Shown piece after piece: positions 51,494 through 63,418 of a stretch of DNA of 64,000 nucleotides. A model generated the notes under the pieces. That model searched no databases. It saw only the letters and a program-made list of their open reading frames with translations, and was not told where the DNA came from. Numbering within the stretch: position 1 is the first letter of the stretch; the number at the start of each line of letters is the position of its first letter. The translations under genes and the position numbers were made by a program. Source of the stretch: Diadema antillarum (lineage: Eukaryota); NCBI RefSeq assembly GCF_040938485.1, contig NW_027270961.1, forward strand, positions 2,604,001 to 2,668,000. The letters run 5' to 3'.

Positions 51494-51940
51494 GGCTGCG
51501 TTCACATAGAAGTATACTATTCGGGTGTTCAGGCTCGTTTTTCGAGGGCACGCGAACAGCTTGAATCGAACGATAGGATTTCCTCACACCGGTTCACATA
51601 GGAGGGCACTATTCGAAAGTACCGAATAGCTGCGAAAAGTATAGCAAAGTGGGAATCGAGCTTGTTCGATTTTCTTGCAGCGTATACCGTCTCTCGTTTA
51701 TGAAATAATGACACTTTTGTTCTGGATTTGCCCTTTAGCAAAAATAAGCATGCAGACTGACATTCTGATGCAGTTTAGAAATTGTTAATAAGATTTGCTG
51801 GGATGTAGGAGGAAGAAATCCTCACTGCATGGGATGGTGAGTTGACGGTGCGGGTGATGGTGTATTCGGTGCTCGAATATTTGATAGCGAATAGCGAATA
51901 GCGAATACCGAATACCGAATACTTCTATGTGAACGCAGCC
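51494..51940. mobile_element. PIF/Harbinger MITE with TTA duplication
   Basis: tta|GGCTGCGTTCACATAGAAGTAT ... ATACTTCTATGTGAACGCAGCC|tta, with (CGAATAG/C)n subterminal repeats. Confidence 0.9.
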
Positions 51941-52399
51941 TTACATAATCGGAGAATGCATTTCTCTGCGACAGACGAAGCGATGTGTGTGTTCGCGCAT
52001 GCCGAACTCTAACCTCGAATATACTTTCTTTACTATGCTGTCGACAATTCCCTAGATCCCTCTTTGCTGCTGAAGTGATTCAACACCCAATAAACGGTAA
52101 AGCCAGGTATGAATGAATAGAACAAAAGGGAGGAGTACTATTGGATTTAGTGCATTCGTATCTTCGATCCCTTAGATAATATCACGTTCAGAGTCATGCA
52201 GGTTAGTCTCTATCGCTTGGATGACTCTCCCAACAAGGACGTCATGAACGGCGTCAGTTTTACAATGTTCCCGAACTCTTGTTGACTACTACTTCTTTAC
52301 TCGTCAGGCGTCAGTTCGCAGAAATTCTGTAGAACAATCATTACAGTTAGATCAAGGAGGTACTCTGCATAAATATAGTACCTCCTTAGTTAAAATCAT

Positions 52400-52418
52400 A
52401 TATATACATGTATATAGG

Positions 52419-52453
<35 letters not shown>

Positions 52454-52640
52454 CCTAATGAAAGTGAACTCGGGACTCCAAGAGAAATTCTTAATTATCC
52501 TGAAAAAGAGACATATGACAAATGGTTACACAATTCAGAAAGGGAATTATTTATTTATGCATTTATGCATTTATGCATTTATGCATTTATGCATTTATGC
52601 ATTCATTCATTCATTCATTCATTCATTCATTCATTCAGTC
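52400..52640. repeat. Microsatellite cluster (TA)n, (TTTATGCA)n, (ATTC)n
   Basis: Direct reading. Confidence 0.9.
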
Positions 52641-55004
52641 TTCTTTGAGTAAGGTTACCCTTCCATACAGTTCGCCAACTGCATGTTCCAGTCAGGCCGC
52701 AGCACGTATCAAGGGACCTGCATACATATTTTAAACAACCAAGCAGATTATCATTACATTTGTACAAAGATAAAACATGAAAATATGTATAAAAAACGAA
52801 AAACATAAAACATAGATTATTATATACCGAAATTGAAGTTGAAAAGTTTCATTGAGGACAATTAATCATACTATGTATACAGATCAAACATCGCTGTTGT
52901 TGATTTTATTTCCATATTCAGACAAACATATGCACAATTTGCAAGATAATACAGGCCTACAGATATACAGAATGAAGAAATGGAGGATTGCCCGTTCAGC
53001 CATAATTGCAAAATACGACTGTTCTTACACATGGTCCCATAAACACCGTACACCAAAACATAACGATAAAGACCGGGCTATTTTGGAGGTTTAGTAGACG
53101 GGGGGCATCATGCCCCCTCCCCCATGATCTCGGCCATGGAATGTCCGATTGTCGCCAAATTCCGCATGCACCTAGTTTATGACGTACCCTATATCCAAGA
53201 AAGCATAGTTATTTTTACGAAAATAACCATAATTTCTAACTAGAGATTGTAATTTGTCATCACTGACAAATTAAGGTGATCCGATTTTTTTTATCAATGA
53301 TTCGAGTCCTGATACTGCAAAGTCTCAGCTACAACATATCAAAATCTGAGAGAAATTCACCGTAGCATAAGTAAGATAGTGCTCGATAAAGAGAGTCATG
53401 TCAATTTTCACATCTAAAAAATTCCCTCCCATAGAGATAACACGTCATAGCGAAGATAGAAAAAGAAGTACATATGACCTTTGACCCCACTTTGCACAGA
53501 CAAGATGGCATCTGAGCAAAAAGTGGTTATTTTATGAAATGACCCCTGTAACATGGATTTTACGTGTGCAAAATATGGGAAAGATAGGTCATGTATTCAC
53601 CAAGATACAGGATGAAATATCTATGACCTTTGACCCTAATTTACATACCCAAGATGGCGTCTGATCAAGTAGTTGTTATTTTATGAAATAATGTTCGTGA
53701 CATGAACTAAACATGTGCAAAATATGGTGGTGATAGGGTATGTTTTTCTTGAGTTATTGCACATAAAGTTGCAAAAAGAAAGGAATATCTCAATACATCG
53801 AAGATAAACTTTATTTTCAACCAAGTTTTTTCACGTGATCCCGACAACGTATGAAAAAACAAAGGGCACACTTACGATAGCCCTACGTCTCAGCTACAAC
53901 ATATTAAAATCTTAGAGAAATTCACCAAAGCATAAGTGAGCTAGTGCTCGATAAAGATAGTCATGTCAATTTTCATTTCCATAAAAATTGCACTCCCATA
54001 GAGATTACACGTAAACTGGTCAAATTTGACAAGGTTACCTTCAATCCATTTTTTCGAGGTGATGTCGTCATCCAATGAAAATTGTGTATTTAAATTTATG
54101 AAAGACCATTTCATAAGCTACAACATATTGAAATTTGGGTGAAAATTGGCAAAGGAAGTGAGATACGCTCGAGTAAACTTGAAATTTGATGACGTCATTT
54201 TGAAAATTTACTTTTTTTACTTTATTAAGAAATTTGATATCTTTTAATCATTTTGTCAGCATCGCCAACCCATGAAATGACATATAAAACTCATCAGCTT
54301 TCAGAATATGTAAAGGAAATGGGGGGTCACCGTTCATCCTGACGAGTAAAATCGCATTTAAGATTTGCGGTTTTTTGGCATAGTTGCACTGTCTATTGCC
54401 ATTGACGCGCGCGCGGAATTTCAACTTTGACGGGCCCGTATGACGTCATATTGAGTCGGATTGACTTGAAACTTGGTAGAAATATTCCTTCACATTTCAG
54501 ACATTTGATCACAGTGAGAAAAATGGGAAATTTCTATTGCATATGAGCTGTGCGTGCGTATATGCGCGCGCGCGTACGCGTCCGTCCGATTTTTTCATTT
54601 TTTCAAAAAATGCTCTAAATGGTCTGAAACGTGTGCAAAAAAATTTTGGGCTTGATTGGAGCATACAAATATTTCAACGCGCGCGTACGCGCACGTTTTA
54701 AGAGAAAATATGAATTTTGACAACATGAATAGAATTCGCTTGACTTGAAATATATGTGACGTAAATTTCATTGAAAAATTCCATTCCATTAATGAGATAT
54801 GATTGAGAATGTGTTTTCATATAATGACGTCATAGTGACGTCACGGTCGACTGATCACAATGATTTTACTTGATCTGTCGTCTTTGGGACACGATACATA
54901 CATGGTATAAGTTTGAACTTGATAGGCATAGCACTTTTTGAGCTAACCTCTGCACAACTTTTGAGGAGAAATAAAGAAAGAAACAAAGAAAGAAGAATAA
55001 AGAA

Positions 55005-58000
55005 CTAGACTTGGAATTTGTCAACACTGACAAATTAGGTGATCCGATCTATTCGGAAATCAATGATTTACGTCCTGATCCCAATAGGCATGACCATAAA
55101 TGTTTCATCTGCGTTTAGGGGACATTGGCCGTGTGATGTTTGGATTCTCATTTAGAAAAGGGAGTAAGACCTGCCATCTTTGGTACCGAATTCCGTATAC
55201 ACTAACGAAGATACAGAATGAAGTATATTTGACCTTTGACCCCACTTTGCACAGACAAGATGGCATCTGAGCAAAAATTGGTTATTTTTTGAAATGATTC
55301 TTATAACATGGTCTTTGCGTGTGCAAAATATGGGAAAGATAGGACATGTATTCACCAAGATACAGGATTAAACATTTATGACCTTTGACCCTAATTTACA
55401 TACCCAAGATGGTGTCTGATCAAGTAGCTGTTATTTTATGAAATAATGTACGTAACACAAACTAAACATGTGCAAAATATGGGGGTGATAGAGGCTGTTT
55501 TTCTTGAGTTATTGCAAAGAAAGTTGCAGAAAGAAAGAAATATCTCAATACATCGTAGATAAGCTTTAATTTCAACCAAGTTTTTTAACATGATCCCGAC
55601 ATTGTATGAAAGAACTAAGGGTACATGACGATAGCCCAAAGTCTCAGCTACAACCTATTAAAATCTGGGAGAAATTTACCGAAGGGTAAGTGAGCTAGTG
55701 CTCGATACAGACAGTCATGTCAATTTTCATTTCCAGATAAACTCCACTCCAATAGAGATAACACGTAAATTGGTCAAATTTGACAAGGTTACTTTCAATC
55801 CATTTTTACGAGGTAATGACGTCACCCAATCAAAATTATGATTGAACAAAACAGAAAGAGCAAATAATAAGCTACAACATATTAAAATCTGGGAGAAATT
55901 CACCGAAGGGTAAGTAAGCTAGTGCTCGATAAAGACAATCGTGTCAATTTTCACATCTAGAAAAATTCCCTCCCATATAGATAACACGTCATAACGAAGA
56001 TACAGAAAAAAAGTACATATGACCTTTGACCCCACTTTGCACAGACAAGATGGCATCTGAGCAAAAAGTGATCATTTTGTGAAATGATTCTTGTAACATG
56101 GCCTTTGCGTGTGCAAAATATGGTAAAGATAAGACATGTATTCACCAAGATACAGGATTAAACATATATGAACTTTGACCCTAATTTACATACCCAAGAT
56201 GGTGCCCGATCAAGTAGCTGTTATTTTATGAAATAATGTACGTGACACGAACTAAACATGTGCAAAATATGGGGGTGATAGAGGCTGTTTTTCTTGAGTT
56301 ATTGCAAAGAAAGTTGCAGAAAGAAAGAAATATCTCAATACATCGTAGATAAGCTTTAATTTCAACCAAGTTTTTTAACATGATCCCGACATTGTATGAA
56401 AGAACTAAGGGTACATGACGATAGCCCAAAGTCTCAGCTACAACATATTAAAATCTGGGAGAAATTTACCGAAGGGTAAGTGAGCTAGTGCTCGATACAG
56501 ACAGTCATGTCAATTTTCATTTCCAGATAAACTCCACTCCAATAGAGATAACACGTAAATTGGTCAAATTTGACAAGGTTACTTTCAATCCATTTTTACG
56601 AGGTAATGACGTCACCCAATCAAAATTATGATTGAACAAAACAGAAAGAGCAAATAATAAGCTACAACATATTAAAATCTGGGAGAAATTCACCGAAGGG
56701 TAAGTAAGCTAGTGCTCGATAAAGACAATCGTGTCAATTTTCACATCTAGAAAAATTCCCTCCCATATAGATAACACGTCATAACGAAGATACAGAAAAA
56801 AAGTACATATGACCTTTGACCCCACTTTGCACAGACAAGATGGCATCTGAGCAAAAAGTGATCATTTTGTGAAATGATTCTTGTAACATGGCCTTTGCGT
56901 GTGCAAAATATGGTAAAGATAAGACATGTATTCACCAAGATACAGGATTAAACATATATGAACTTTGACCCTAATTTACATACCCAAGATGGTGCCCGAT
57001 CAAGTAGCTGTTATTTTATGAAATAATGTACGTGACACGAACTAAACATGTGCAAAATATGGGGGTGATAGAGGCTGTTTTTCTTGAGTTATTGCAAAGA
57101 AAGTTGCAATAAGAAAGAAATATCTCAATACATCGAAGATAAGTTTTAATTTCAACCAAGTTTTTCGACGTAATGCTGACATTGTATGAAAAAATGAAGG
57201 GCACATAACGATAGCCCAAAGTCTCAGCTACAACATATTCAAATCTGGGAGAAATTCACCGAAGCATAAGTGAGCTAGTGCTCGATAAAGATAGTCATGT
57301 CAATTTTCATTTCCAGAAAAACTGCACTCCCATAGACATAACACGTAAACTGGTCAAATTTAACAATGTTACTTTTAATCCCCTTTTACGAGGTGATGCC
57401 GTCATCCAATCAAAACGTTGTTATTATATGACTGAAAGACCATTTATTAGGCTGCAACATATTGAAATTTGGACGAAATCAACAAAAGATTAAGTGAGAT
57501 ATGCCTGAGTGAACTTGAAATTTGATGACGTCATTTTGAAAATTTACTTTTTTTACTTTATTAAGAAATTTGATACCTTTTAATCATTTTTTCAGCATCG
57601 CCAACCCATGAAATGACATGTACAACTCATCAGCTTTCAGAATATGTAAAGAAAATGGGGGGTCACTGTCCATCCTGACGAGTAAAATCGGATTTAAAAT
57701 TGGCAGTTTTTTGGTATTGTTGCACTGTATATCGCCATTGACGCGCGCGCGGAATTTCAACTTTGACGGGCCCGTATGACGTCATTTTGAGTCGGATTGA
57801 CTTGAAACTTGGTAGAAATATTTCTTGACATTTTAGACATCCGATCAAAGTGAAAAAACGGGAAATTTCTATTGCATATGAGCTGTGCGTGCGTATATGC
57901 GCGCGCGCGTACGCGTCCGTCCGATTTTTTCAATTTTTCAAAAAATGCTCCAAATGGTCTGAAACGTGTGCAAAAAAATTTTGAGCTCGATTTGAGCATA

Positions 58001-58373
58001 CAAATATTTCAACGCGCGCGTACGCGCACGTTTTAACAATGCGATGAATTTTGAAAATATGAGTAGAATTCCCTTGAAGTGAAATTAATGTGACGTAAAT
58101 TTTATTGAAAAATTCCATTCCATTAATGAGATATGATTGAAAATGTGTTTTCATATAATGACGTCATAGTGACGTCACGGTCGACTGATCACTACGATTT
58201 TACTTGACCCGTCGTTTTTGGGACATGATACATATATGGTATAATTTTGACATTGATAGGAAGTGGACTTTCTGAGCTAACCTCTGCACAACTTTTGTCC
58301 AGAAATAAAGAAGAAGAATAAAGAATCCGTACAGATACAGAAGGTGATCCGAGAGGATTCTCGGATCACCTAA
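55005..58373 (-). mobile_element. HINE-like element B (3369 bp, internal 790-bp tandem repeats)
   Basis: CTAG end at 55005-55008. 5' hairpin AGGTGATCCGAG-AGGATT-CTCGGATCACCT-AA ends at 58373. A 790-bp period is seen at 55431/56221/57011. Confidence 0.88.
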
Positions 58374-59351
58374 CTAGAGATTGTAATTTGTCATCACTGA
58401 CAAATTAAGGTGATCCGATTTTTTTTTTAATCAATGATTCGAGTCCTGATCGTAATAGGCATGACAATACAAGTTTCATCTGTGTTTAGAGACATTGGCC
58501 GTGTGAGGTTTGGATTCTCATTTAGAAAAGGGAGTCATATCTGCCATCTTTGGTACCAATTCTGTATACACTGAATAACGAAGATACAGCAACGAATACA
58601 TATGACCTTTGACCCACCTTTACACTCCCAAGATGGCATCTGAGGAAAAAGTGGTTATTTTGTGAAATGATTCTTGCGACATCGTCTATATTCGTGTGCA
58701 AAATATGGCAAAGATAGGACAGGTATTCACCAAGATGCAAAATGCAAAGTCTTAGGTACAACATAAAATCTGGGAGAAATTCACCGAAGGGTAAGTGAGA
58801 GCTAGTGCTCGATAAAGAAAAGCATGTCGATTTTCACATTAAAAAAAAATCCCTCCCATAGAGATAACACGTCATAACGAAAATACAGAAAGAAGTACAT
58901 ATGACCTTTGACCTCACTTTGCACACCCAAGATGGCGTCTGAGCAAAAAGTGGTTATTTTGTGAAATGATCCTTGTTACATGGTCTTTGTGTGTGCAAAA
59001 TATGGGAAAGATAGGACATGTATTCACCAAGATACAGGATGAAACATTTATGACCTTTGACCCTAATTTACATACCCAAGATGGTGTCTGATCAAATAGT
59101 TGTTATTTTATGAAATAATGTACGTGACATGAACTAAACATGTGCAAAATATGGGATTGATAGCCATTGTTGTTGTTCATCTATTGCACAGAAAGTAGTA
59201 GAAAGAAAGAAAAATAAAGAAAAAAATATGTTATTTTATAGAAATTTGAAGGAGAAGCATAAAAAAATCAGAAAAAGATAAAGTTAGGAAGGGAGATTAA
59301 GACTAACTAAAGAAAAAGAAGAAAAAAGTGTTTAAAAAAATGAAAAAAAAA

Positions 59352-59432
59352 TATTGGCAGGGGTGAGCCTCGAACCAGGGACCTTAGGATTACGAGTCGG
59401 ATGCGCTATGCAATGACCTATTTCATGCTCCA
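59352..59432 (-). pseudogene. tRNA-like (tRNA-Met/Thr-derived or SINE head) fragment inside element C
   Basis: TAGGTCATTGC (A-box-like), ATAGCGCA-TCCGA-CTCGTAA-TCCTA-AGGTC-CCTGGTTCGAGG (B-box-like), ...GCCA, then a T-run. The acceptor and anticodon stems do not pair, so it is not a functional tRNA. Confidence 0.6.
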
Positions 59433-60657
59433 TAGGCCCTGTGTATTAAGCAAAATGACGCTGCGTCGAAGCCACGTGCCATTTTCAACCAAGTTTTTCG
59501 ACGTGATGCCGACGTCGTATGAAAAAATGAAGGGCACACTTACGATAGCCCAAAGTCTCAGCTACAACATACTAAAATCTGGGAAAAATTCACCGAAGCG
59601 AAAGTGAGCTAGTGCTCGAAAAAGAGAGTCATGTCAATTTTCACTGCCAGAAAAACTGCTCTCCCATAGAGATAACACGTAAACTGGTCAAATTCTACAA
59701 GGATACATTCAATCCATTTTTACGAGGCGATGACGTCATCCAGTCAAAATGTTGTTTTTACATTAATGAAAGAACATTTCATAAGCTACAACATACTGAA
59801 ATATGGGAGAAAATTGGCAGAGGATAAGTGAGATACGCTCGAGTAAACTTGTAATTTGATGACGTCATTTTGAAAATTTACTTTTTTTACTTTATTAAGA
59901 AATTTGATATCTTTTAATCATTTTGTCAGCATTGCCTACCCATGAAATGACATGTACAACTCATCAGCTTTCAATATATGTAAAGAAAATGGGGGGTCAC
60001 CGTCCATCCTGACGAGTTAAATCGGATTTAAAATTGGCAGTTTTTTGGCATAGTTGCACTGTATATCGCCATTGACGCGCGCGCGGAATTTCAACTTTGA
60101 CGGCCCCGTATGACGTCATATTGAGTCGGATTGACTTGAAACGTGGTATAAATATTCCTTGACATTTCAGACATGCGATCAAAGTGAAAAAACTGGAAAT
60201 TTCAATTGCATATGAGCTGTGCGTGCGTATATGCGCGCGCGCGTACGCGTCCGTCCGATTTTTTCAATTTTTCAAAAAATGCTCCAAATGGTCTGAAACG
60301 TGTGCAAAAAAATTTTGAGCTCGATTGGAGCATACAAATATTTCAACGCGCGCGTACGCGCACGTTTTAAGAGAAAATATGAATTTTGAGAACATGAGTA
60401 GAATGCGCATAACTTGAAATATATGTGACGTAAATTTCATTGAAAAATTCTATTTCATTAATGAGATATGATTGAGAATGTGTTTTCATATAATGACGTC
60501 ATAGTGACGTCACGGTCGACTGATCACAATGATACATTAGATTTGCCGTCTTTGGGACATGATGCATACATGATATAATTTTGAAATTGACAGGCAGCGG
60601 ACTTTCTGAGCTAACCTCTGCACAACTTTTGAGGAGAAATAAAGAAGAAGAAGAAGA

Positions 60658-62467
60658 CTAGAGATTGTAATTTGTCATCACTGACAAATTAAGGTGATCC
60701 GATCTTTTTTTTTAATCAATGATTCGAGTCCTGATACTGCAAAGTCTCAGCTACAACATATTAAAATCTGAGAGAAATTCACCGAAGCATAAGTAAGATA
60801 GTGCTCGATAAAGAGAGTCATGTCAATTTTCACATCTAAAAAATTTCCTCCCATAGAGATAACACGTCATAGCAAAGATAGAAAAAGAAGTACATATGAC
60901 CTTTGACCCCACTTTGCACAGACAAGATGGCATCTGAGCAAAAAGTGGTTATTTTATGAAATGATCCCTGTAACATGGTCTTTACGTGTGCAAAATATGG
61001 GAAAGATAGGACATGTATTCACCAAGATACAGGATGAAACATCTATGACCTTTGACCCTAATTTACATACCCAAGATGGCGTCTGATCAAGTAGTTGTAA
61101 TCTTATGAAATAATTTTCGTGACATGAACTAAACATGTGCAAAATATGAAGGTGATAGGGGCTGTTTTTCTTGAGTTATTGCAAAGAAAGTTGCAAAAAG
61201 AAAGAAATATTTCAATACATCGAAGATAAACTTTAATTTCAACCAAGTTTTTTTACGTGATCCCGACAACGTATGAAAAAACGAAGGGCACACTTACGAT
61301 AGCCCTACATCTCAGCTACAACATATTAAAATCTTAGAGAAATTCACCGAAGCATAAGTGAGCTAGTGCTCGATAAAGATAGTCATGTCAATTTTCATTT
61401 CCATAAAAATTGCACTCCCATAGAGATTACACGTAAACTGGTCAAATTTGACAAGGTTACCTTCAATCCATTTTTTCGAGGTGATGTCGTAATCAAATCA
61501 AAATTGTTTAATTACATTTATGAAAGAACATTTCATAAGCTACAACATATTGAAATTTGGGTGAAAATTGGCAAAGGATTAGTGAGATACGCTCGAGTAA
61601 ACTTGAAATTTGATGACGTCATTTTGAAAATTTACTTTTTTTACTTTATTAAGAAATTTGATATCTTTTAATCATTTTATCAGCATAGCCAGCCCATGAA
61701 ATGACATGTACAACTCATCACCTTTCAGAATATGTAAAGAAAATGGGGGGTCACCGTCCATCCTGACGAGTAAAATCGGATTTAAAATTGGCGGTTTTTT
61801 GGCATAGTTGCACTGTGTATCCCCATTGACGCACGCGCGGAATTTTGAATTTGACGGGCCCGTATGACGTCATATTGAGTCGGATCGACTTGAAACTTGG
61901 TAGAAACATTCCTTGAAATTTCGGACATCCGATCCGTGTGAAAAAATTGAAAATTTCTATTTCATATTAGCTGTGCGTGCGTATATGTGCGCGCGCGTAC
62001 GCGTCCGTCCAATTTTTTCAATTTTTCAAAAAATGCTCCAAATGGTCTGAAACGTGTGCAAAAAAAATTTGAGCTGGATTTGAGCATACAAATATTTCAA
62101 CGCGCGCGTACGCGCGCGTTTTGAGATAAAAATGAATTTTGAGAATATGAGTAGAATGCGCTTAACTTGAAATATATGTGACGTAAATTTCATTGAAATA
62201 TTCCATTCCATTAATGAGATATGCATGAAAATGTGTTTTCATATAATGACGTCATAGTGACGTCACGGTCGACTGATCACTATGATTTTACTTGCGCTGT
62301 CGTCTTTGCGACATGATACATATATGTTATAAGTCTGACATTGAGAGGCAATGCACTTTCTGAGCTAACCTCTGCACAACTTTTGAGGAGAAATAAAGAA
62401 GAAGAAGAAAAACAAAGAATCCGTACAGATACAGAAGGTGATCCGAGAGGATACTCGGATCACCTAA
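60658..62467 (-). mobile_element. HINE-like element D (innermost, intact, 1810 bp)
   Basis: CTAG end at 60658 and complete 5' hairpin ending 62467. Same length and layout as the reconstructed A. Confidence 0.88.
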
Positions 62468-63418
62468 AAAACAAAGAATCCGTACAGATACAGAAGGTGA
62501 TCCGAGAGGATACTCGGATCACCTAATCAGTACAGATACAGAAGGTGATCCGAGAGGATACTCGGATCACCTAATTAAAGCTAATTGATCATGCAAGTAT
62601 GCTCATTTTTCTTGATTTTTTATTTTTTGTTTATTTTGTGCCAATATGGTTGTCTAGTGATCCCTTAAATGTGAAATATGTGAAACTGAAAACTGATTGT
62701 CTAAGACCAAAATATAGGTGATTAATCAAACACTTATATTCGTTATACATATCAATCTCGCATATATATATCTCAGTCTTTCTTATGTAAATTATTGTTT
62801 TCATTTCTTATTTTTCTATTGTTTTATGTTTTTCATTTTCAGAAAAATTAATTTCAGCATCAGATCAGATTTTAATAGCTGAAAAACAGACTGCAAGAAA
62901 AATCAAAGTAACACAGAATCTTGCAAAACCTCATTCATTTTACACATAAACACATACAAATACGCCATTTTTGACTGACATGTGACCGTAAAATGTCAAG
63001 ACAACACCATGACCGCTGCAGGTATATACGCATATTAGGTATCAAAAGATGCGTAAGACCCTAAAGAAAAAAAAAGTCATGACGTCTTGGGGTGAGATCT
63101 TATAAATTCTGGAAATGATCGCAAAATTTACGGAGGGGGGCAAATTTCCGGGGGGGGGGGGGGCATGATGGCCCCAGTCTTTTTATAGGGTTAAGCACAA
63201 GATATAGAGGTGGAGAAGTTGACAACCGTTATATCAACTCAGTTATATAAAGTTATAGAGGTGAGGGTCAAAATTGCACTCATTGCAATAGATTTTAAGA
63301 CAACATCTATTGTTAAAGCTTACAATTTACATTTTTTCTTAAACACATAAAAGTTTTTACAACCTGGACATTATAGGCCTAGGTCTTGTTCCAAAGCTTT
63401 GACGTGTGAAGATCAAAC

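Larger units (their letters stand above)
58374..62526 (-). mobile_element. HINE-like element C (58374-60657 plus 62468-62526, 2343 bp)
   Basis: CTAG end at 58374 abuts B. Interrupted by D inside its (GAA)n tract. Its 5' hairpin resumes at 62468. Confidence 0.85.
53240..62574 (-). mobile_element. HINE-like element A (outermost; 53240-55004 plus 62527-62574, 1813 bp)
   Basis: Its 3' end reads subTIR CGGATCACCT, hairpin AATTTGTCA-GTGA-TGACAAATT, then CTAG|T on the minus strand. Rejoining ...AATAAAGAA (55004) to TCAGTACAGATACAG (62527) restores the ...AATAAAGAATCCGTACAGATACAG seen intact in B. Confidence 0.85.
53060..63190. mobile_element. piggyBac-like MITE (about 0.8 kb) split by the 9.3-kb Helentron nest
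   Basis: Right end ...GGGGGCATGATGGCCCCAGTCTTTTTATAGGG|TTAA. Degenerate left end TAACGATAAAGACCGGG...GGGGGCATCATGCCCCC. The halves are about 53060-53239 and 62575-63190. Confidence 0.65.

Noticed and set aside
59352-59432. Functional tRNA-Thr(CGT) gene
   Set aside because: Acceptor and anticodon stems do not pair, so it is kept only as a tRNA-derived relic.
55152-62226. Recurring 60-100-aa ORFs in the repeat array (e.g. MGYRHVPLVLSY..., MLDKDSHVNFHF...)
   Set aside because: They recur because the DNA is repeated. There are no Rep, helicase or transposase motifs, and starts and stops vary between copies.
62395-62574. CRISPR-like reading of the three repeated hairpins
   Set aside because: Eukaryotic context, no unique spacers and no cas genes. 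Fully explained as stacked element termini.
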